Origin: Malacoraja senta
Lineage: Eukaryota
Assembly (NCBI GenBank): GCA_038087875.1
Contig: CM075988.1
Coordinates: forward strand, 26,290,001-26,354,000
Direction of reading: 5' to 3'
Length of the DNA stretch: 64,000 bases
The number at the start of each line of letters is the position of its first letter. The stretch's first letter is position 1. This document shows positions 11,930 through 64,000 of this stretch, one piece after another. The notes under the pieces are model-generated. The model searched no databases and was not told the origin of the DNA. It saw only the letters and a list, made by a program, of their open reading frames with translations. The position numbers and the translations under genes are program-made.

Positions 11930-12022
11930 ATTCGTGGGATTCTCTGCATCCACGTGAGAGGGCAGATGAGGTCTTGGTTTCCTGAGGCATCTTGGATAAC
12001 GGTGCCTGTCGGTAGTGTCAGC
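11930..12022. mobile_element. Possible ancient Deu-domain SINE relic (SacSINE1/AmnSINE1-like)
   Basis: gggattctctgcatccacgtgagagggcagatgaggtcttggttt resembles the recalled Deu core gggatcttttacgtccacctgagagggcagacggggcctcggttt. Confidence 0.4.
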
Positions 12023-12315
12023 ATCTTTTAATAGGTAGGTGAACCTCCCCTCCCCTCTGTAATGTGTCCACCACTGGGGTCAGGCTGGTCAATGCCCATA
12101 AAGCAGCCCCACTTAGTATTCCTTCAATAAACACAAATGCCAGAGAGGTTCAGCAACGTCGGTGGAGTGAGGAAGATAATGGCTCAGCTCTGACACTCCT
12201 CTCTCTAGATGTTCTGTGGAAGAGGTTTGGATCGGAGTGGTTATTTTGGTTTACTCCACAGTTGCTTCCTGACCTGATGAAGGTTTCTGCCATTTCCTCT
12301 TTCTACTGGTATACC

Positions 12316-13318
12316 GATGGTTGAAAGCTTCAAGTTCCTCAGTGTAAATATCACCAGCAACGTATCCTTGACCAGCCGTATCTGCAGTTGGTCAAGGAGA
12401 CCTGCGGCCTACACCAACTTGGTGGGGAGGCACCGATTCAGGACTTACCTGGACTTTTTACCTTGTCTGCACATCTGGATGCCCGCAGCGGCAGCTGCGG
12501 AGGGTTGGGGTCCCGACCACGGGGGAAAATGGAGGAGGACTGGCCAATTTTTGTGCCTTCCACCACTGTGGTGGATGTTTGTGTAAAATGTTTTAATTGT
12601 GTTTTTGTGTGTTCTTTAGCATTGTACCGCTGCTGGCAAATTCATTTCACTTCCACTTTATGTGCAATGTGACGAATAAAACTGATTGTGCTTGTGATTG
12701 TATCGAAACAATGACCAAGAAAACACACCAATGCCTCTACTTTTTTAGAAGGTTTAGTAAGTTCGGCATGTTCCCAACAACCCTCACCAACTTCTACAGA
12801 TGCGCTGTAGAAAATATTTTATCGGGTTGCATCACAGCAAGGTTTGGGAACAGCTCACTACCAGACCGCAATAAATTGCAGAGATTGTGGATGCAGCCCA
12901 GACCATCACACAAACCAACTCCCATACATCGATTCCATCTACACCTCATGCTGTCTCGGCAAGGCCACCAACATAATCAAGGACCAGTCTCACTCCAGTC
13001 ACTCCCTCTTCTCCCCTCTCCCATCAGGCAAGAGGTACAGAAGTGTGAAAACGCACACCTCCAGATTCAGGGACAGTTTCTTCCCAGTTATCAGTCAACT
13101 GAACCATCCTATCACCAACTAGAGTGCGGTCCTGAACTACTGTCTACCTCATTGGAGACCCTCGGACTGTCTTTAATCAGACTTTACTGGATTTTAACAT
13201 ACCAAACATTATTCCCTTTATCCTGTATCTTTACACTGTAGACAGCTTGATTGGAATCATGTATAGTCTTTCCACTGACTGGATAGCACGAAACAAAAAA
13301 AGCCTTTCACTGTACCTT
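12316..13318 (+). mobile_element. Rex1/Babar LINE 3' fragment, with a nested element of about 320 bp at about 12383-12699
   Basis: VESFKFL.VNI; KKTHQCLYFFRR..LTNFYRCAVENILSGCITA; HSLFSPLPSGKRYRS..RFRDSFFP. Confidence 0.85.
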
Positions 13319-14338
13319 ACACGTGACAGTAAACTGAAATATTTCAGATTTCCTTAATTTGCCATATTTTCCATGTTATTTCTTCCTTTATGTCTTGTCC
13401 TTACATACACTAATCTGCTATTCCTTGGCGAGCATGTAACTCGCCAATACAATTCTATTTCATTCTATTTTAAGCATCATTTCCCTGGGCAGTCACTTAG
13501 AGGAGTCACTTCCCCGGTGGTCAGATGATCAATACCTTCTGCAGTTGTAATGGCCAAAAGTTCGTTCTGAACACTCTTTATAAACACAGGATCAGTCCTC
13601 TGACACTTTAATGCAGCCCTCTGTGAGGTTGTGTCGTCTTTTTCTTCACCCATCATAGAAACATAGAAAATAGGTGCAGGAGTAGGCCATTTGGTCCTTC
13701 GACCATTCAATATGATCATGGCTGATCTTTCAGAATCAGTACCCCGTTCCTCCATTCTGTTAGCCCTAAGAGCTATATCCAACTCTCTCTTGAGCACATC
13801 ATCATCCAAGAACTGCTTGAGGGAGAAAATCTGAGTTTATCAGCATGCAGGAAGGTTGGTGAATGGAAATGATTCCAAAGCCTCAACACATTCCATGATG
13901 TCTTGGTGATAAATGCAGATGTGGTGGCAGGCAGCACAGTTGTTACGTGTGTGTTGAGGTGAATGTTATTGACCACAGCACAGTGAAGGAAGCAGGAACA
14001 ACTAACTACCACATTACAAATTCTCCCACCTTTTAAATAAAAAACCTACTTCCTGGTGGCGAGTTTATTTGTGGAGACACAAACTGCCTTTGCAGTTTAA
14101 CAACGACAGACACAACATGCTGGAGTAACTCAGCCACTCAGGCAGCATCTGTGGAGAAAAGGAATAGGTGATGTTTCAGGTGGAGACCCTTCTTCAGACT
14201 GAGTCAGGGAGGGGGATACTGGAATGATGGGAATGTACAGAACAGCCTACCTCCGCGCATATAGGGTTGTCTTGACTTAAATACATTATTTCTGCAGCTT
14301 TGGCTACCATTTCTATTACTAATTATATGCACAAATTG

Positions 14339-14615
14339 TAGTTTAGTTTAGAGATACCGCATAGAAACAGGCCCTTCGGCCCACGATCACCCATACACTA
14401 GTTCTATGTTATCCCACTTTTGCATCCACTCCCTACACACTGGGGCCATTTACAGAGGGCCAATCAACCTACAGCCCCGCACGTATTGGGGCTGTGGGAG
14501 GAAACCCACGCAGTCACAGGGAAGACTTGCAAACTCCCCACAGCCAGCACTGGAGATCAGATCGAACCTGTGTCTGGGGTGCCGTGAGGCAGCAGCTTTA
14601 CCCGCTGCGCCGCCC
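14339..14615 (-). mobile_element. HE1 SINE (diverged)
   Basis: Reverse copy just upstream of the candidate promoter. Confidence 0.75.
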
Positions 14616-14677
14616 ATTAGTCTGAAACCAAAATGTTCGTCCACATCAAGACATAACGCAGATGTGAATCACTGTTG

Positions 14678-14750
14678 TATTTATAAAATGCCTCTACCTG
14701 TGGGCTCTTGTACTTTGTGCTGGAGGGGTGGGGCCAGGGGCAGGGCTGGC
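14678..14750 (+). promoter_or_regulatory. Candidate TMPRSS4 promoter elements (TATTTATAAAA; GGGGTGGGG GC/CACCC box)
   Basis: Motifs lie about 150-220 nt upstream of the candidate ATG; CpG-richer sequence follows at about 15000-15300. Confidence 0.3.
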
Positions 14751-14895
14751 TGCCTTAGACCTGCCGCACATGTCATGTCACTCTGCAGTTCCCACACCTG
14801 GGCTTTCCCCATCTCACCTGCAACAGTTTAGTCCTGCACTTCCTGCTACACACACGGCTGCAATCCTGTCTGGAGGGGCCTCTGCAGTCGCAACA

Positions 14896-60136
<45,241 letters not shown>

Positions 60137-62085
60137 GGGTGAAGGCTTTGGTTAAATTTTCACGCCAGTCCTGGGTTTCATTTTCTGGGATCCTGGGAGA
60201 ACATTGCCCCAGCATGACCATCGGTAATGGACTCTCCGACTAGATCCGAACTATTTGCGTAAGATGCTGCTGAGGTGTGTGGCCTGGACTGGCAGAATAC
60301 AAGGAACACAGCCCCAGCCCACTCACAGGCCCTCGTCAAAGATCACACCCAATGGGGTCTAAAGCCAACATGTGGGTCATTGTTAAGATTGTATATTGAA
60401 GATTGAATACAATCCGACAGCAGTTTGTTTTATGCGGTTTTGATATTTAAAAACATAAATGTATATTGGGGGGCATTGACATATTACTTGAGATGCCACA
60501 ATGAGCCAAATGTAAATCTTTGTCAGTGTTCTCCAAAATGCCTTTAAAATGTACATTAACAATATTACATCAAAAATATTTGCAGAGAGCTAGTTTATTA
60601 TTTCATTCTTCTTGATTTAATTATGACTGTCAAATGAGATTTGCAGGTTTTTGCAAAGAGAATTTCAAGATTGCCAATTTAAAAAAAATCCAATGTTGGA
60701 AATGAAGGTTTGATTGCTGGACCTGACGGGTCAGTGATCACAACTCTTTATCTCACCCAACTTTGCCACCAGAAGTCAAAGAACCATTTTATATGTCTGT
60801 TTTGAAACTATGTATACTTGAGTTGAGGATTGTTGGTGCCCAGAGATGCAGTCTTGCCTTATTTTATGCACTGTCTTGATATTGTAGCCTTTATATACAA
60901 CACCCTGTGATATTGGAGCATCTATACAAGGATATATTTTATTGTGGAAGGCAAATATTGCAGGTTCTCAAACATTACATGCAGGGTTCAACATACCTCA
61001 AGTTGTCCAACACAAGTTTTCAGTTTTTGTCCATGTGAGGTTCATCAAAGTCAAATTGAGTTTTGGGCTGTGTATTTGTGGTTAGAAACTAGACCCAACT
61101 TGCCCAGAATGATGAACCGCACACCAGATCTAGATTTCACCCCAGGGCCTGGAGCTGAACATCCGTGTAGAGGCCTTCTGCAGCTGGATTAAGAGGTAGC
61201 AAACCTTAATCTGGCAAATCCTATCCTCGGGGTGAAGTTCATCCCTAATGTCTTTATGCCAATTTCTGTTGTCTCCATAATCTGTATTGTGGAAACGATG
61301 GATTTTTCACTGTGTCCTTCCAGAACAAAATATTTTTTTTTAATGAAATTTTATTTTGTAAAGGCATTTATTTAAATGGAAGTCATTCTTTTGTTGACAT
61401 TTTATTAAATTGCACAGGCAATCATGTGGGAGATGTAGTGTCCAGGCTTGGTGTAATAGCATTGATGTGGTGCTTGTACCCATTTACCAGCCAGCTCCTC
61501 AATCATTTCAGTGAGAGCTGATCGCTGCCAGAACAGTGGGGAGGGGAGCAATGAGTGTTGGGCTACAAGGAGTCTCAGTGCCCTTCGATCAAAGAGCCGA
61601 AAAAAACATGCCAAGATTTCCAGTGGATCCTAGTGGACATTCGGCATAGGACAAGTTGAGGATCAGGCTATGATGCATTCCCTTCTCTCCAGATATCCTG
61701 TCTGCTTGTGCTATCTGGATAGCCCGTGTTGAACAGCTAAGTGTAATGCACGTTCAGATGGCAGCATGCGAGGACTCGAGTGTCTTTCCTTGACTACAGA
61801 GCATTTTCTACATATTTATATTGTGCAAAACAATCTACTTTCATTCACTGTAAGTGGTGCCTGGAGGAGGTTGCCAATGCAAAGAACATTCAGTTTACTC
61901 AGTTTGTCTGCTTCTCCATCTCTTATTTCCACTTCTCTTCTGTTGCTAATTAGCGACAAGGACTATGGTTAAAGGCTGGCATAATCCTCCTGGACTTTAT
62001 TCCTTGCTGGCGATGTGGCTCTGGTTTGACCTTGAAAGCTTGTGAAAACTTATTTGTCAAAATGAGATTGTTTTGGATTGTTTAA

Positions 62086-62091
62086 AATAAA
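62086..62091 (+). terminator. Candidate TMPRSS4 polyadenylation signal AATAAA (second one at 62318-62323)
   Basis: First canonical AATAAA I found after the stop codon; GT/T-rich sequence downstream. Confidence 0.5.
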
Positions 62092-62909
62092 TCGATTATT
62101 GTAAGATCTGTCCATGATGTATTTTTCCGATGCATTGAACCATTGTAAACCATGTTCATTTTAGTTGTATCTAGACCCACCCCATCGCAACGGATGATCC
62201 AAATTCTACAAGAAAATACCCTCCCCCACAGAGCTGGTTCAGCTGGAGAGAATGATTCAAATACTCGAGACTAGATTGAAATGTGTTTATTTAATTTGTG
62301 ACAGATTCTCAGTATAAAATAAATCTATTACCAGCATACAAAATTAAATATAATCTAGAATGTCAATCCTTTATACATTAGCAAAACATGCATAGTTTGT
62401 ATTTGGCATCTAAATCAAAAATAGGCAATGCATACTTCATTGAAAGAGAGTTTGAGAATCACAGTTACCTGATGACTACCATTACCATGTTGAACCATTC
62501 CTTGCTGCAGTGTGTCAGTCACGAGAGGGGACCTCGCACTCCGCTACGCGCAGGAGTTAAAGAAGGTGGGGTGGGGAGAAAGGACCAAGAGGGGATGTAG
62601 GCTAGGCTTATTGAAATATCAATGTGGTAAAGTGCTGGAAACAGGATGAAGGAAGGAGCTGCAGATGCACCATAGACACAAAATGCTGGAGTAACTCAGT
62701 GGGTCAGGCAGCAACTCTGGAGAAAAGGAATAGGTGACATTTCGAGTCACCTATCCTGAAGAAGGGTTTTGACCCAAAACGTCACCTATTCCTTTTCTCC
62801 AGAGATGCTGCCTGACCCACTGACTCTAACGTCTTGTGTGCTTTGGGCAGCTGTACCATCTCATTCAAGTGACCTGCATTAATCATTTATTGGTCAACAA
62901 AGAGGAATA

Positions 62910-63615
62910 TCAGGGGTTCAGGCAGCATCTATGGAGGGAAATGGATAGACAATGTTTTGTATCAGGACCCTTCATGACGTGAGGGGGATAACTGGTAAAA
63001 GGGAGAGGGGGAAGGGTCAGGCAAGACCTGGCAATGATGGCTGGATCCAGTTCAGGAGAGGATGGTTGGCAGATACATTGGGTGGGGAGGGAAGGATGCA
63101 AATGGACACAATAGCTGATGATACATGGTGATGACATCAGGCTGCAGATGTAGAATCTGATGGAGAGGCGAGGAGTGCAATGTGGCAGCGGGTGGGGGAG
63201 GCGGGGGTGATAGGTTACAGGGAAGGAGGAGAAGGGGACATGGAGATAGAGTGGGTGGATGATGAGTAAAAGGAGGGACTAGGAATGGGGAGAGTGGAAA
63301 GAGAAGTGTATGTAATTCAGGAGAAGGGGTGGATTCAATCTGAAACTGGACAATTCAATGTTCATGATGTTGGGTTGTGGACCACCCAAGCGGGATATGA
63401 GGTGCTGTTCTTCCAGATTACATGTGGCCTCGCCCTGGTAGTGGGAGAGGCTGAGGACAGACGGGCCGAATGGGGAATGGAATGGAAGTGGTAAGCAACT
63501 GGGAGCTCAGGCTGACCCTAGTGGACAGAGCAGTAGTGTTCAATGGATCTGTTGCCTACACCACACCTGGTGTCACTGATGTGGAGGAGACCACATTGAC
63601 AGCACTGAATGCAGT
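62910..63615 (-). mobile_element. Degenerate Penelope-like element: GIY-YIG domain, 3' region and pLTR
   Basis: Minus strand CIQCCQCGLLHISDTRCGVGNRSIEH (decayed GIY-YIG), LEEQHLISRLGGPQPNIMNIE, then a degenerate gaagggtcc..aaaacattg unit in the same sense. Confidence 0.75.
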
Positions 63616-64000
63616 GGTCAAGGATTATAAATAGACACACTAAATGCTGGAGTAACTCAGCGGGACAGGCAGCGTCTCTGGAGAGAAGGAACGGGTGATG
63701 TTTCGGGTCGAGACCCTTCTTCAGACTGGATTCAGGATTATGAATGCAGATTTCCATTGGCTGTGTTTATGCTCATATAATTTGAGATACATGGACAGCG
63801 CCAGGGTGTGTCTCCCCCTCTCTCTCCCCCTGGACTCATGGGCTGATGAAGCAGGTAATTCCCCATCTGGTTCTTTCAAAGGATCTGGGAGTGATTTGCT
63901 GGGATCCCCAGGTATGGTCACCTCTGGAGACTTGGGAAGGAAGGACAAGATGTGAAGGTGAGATCCATCAGCAAACCTGTTGGCTGCAGACACTCGTTTC

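Noticed and set aside
63721..63993. 90-aa minus-strand ORF as an exon of the neighbouring gene
   Set aside because: No Ig/TM or other recognisable features; it ends inside a Penelope-derived unit

Overview
Eukaryotic, repeat-rich genomic DNA from a cartilaginous fish. An elasmobranch, probably a skate or ray, is inferred from HE1-type SINEs and HER1/CR1 LINEs. The only host protein-coding gene I can support is a + strand type II transmembrane serine protease, TMPRSS4-like. It has 12 frame-compatible exons between 38733 and 60136 plus a probable first coding exon at 14896-14916, giving 455 aa (TM, 4-Cys LDLa, SRCR, R|IVGG trypsin domain with intact H/D/S triad). The rest is mostly mobile DNA: CR1/HER1 LINEs (one nearly intact, 3.5 kb), HE1 SINEs, Rex1/Babar, L2 and Tx1 fragments, Penelope (GIY-YIG) fragments and one non-autonomous Helitron. 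The most interesting non-obvious signal is a family of about 20 short Penelope-derived units carrying a minimal hammerhead-ribozyme-like core (CTGAAGA-stem-GAAACGT[C/T]) followed by a conserved hairpin. They occur as 91-bp solo insertions, as palindromic dyads and as 66-bp tandem arrays. Also notable: the Helitron's empty target site is visible elsewhere in the window, and there is a 151-bp CpG-undepleted insert of unknown origin. I found no evidence of a novel protein-coding system, CRISPR arrays, tRNA or rRNA genes. All family assignments are by eye and from recall, with no database search.
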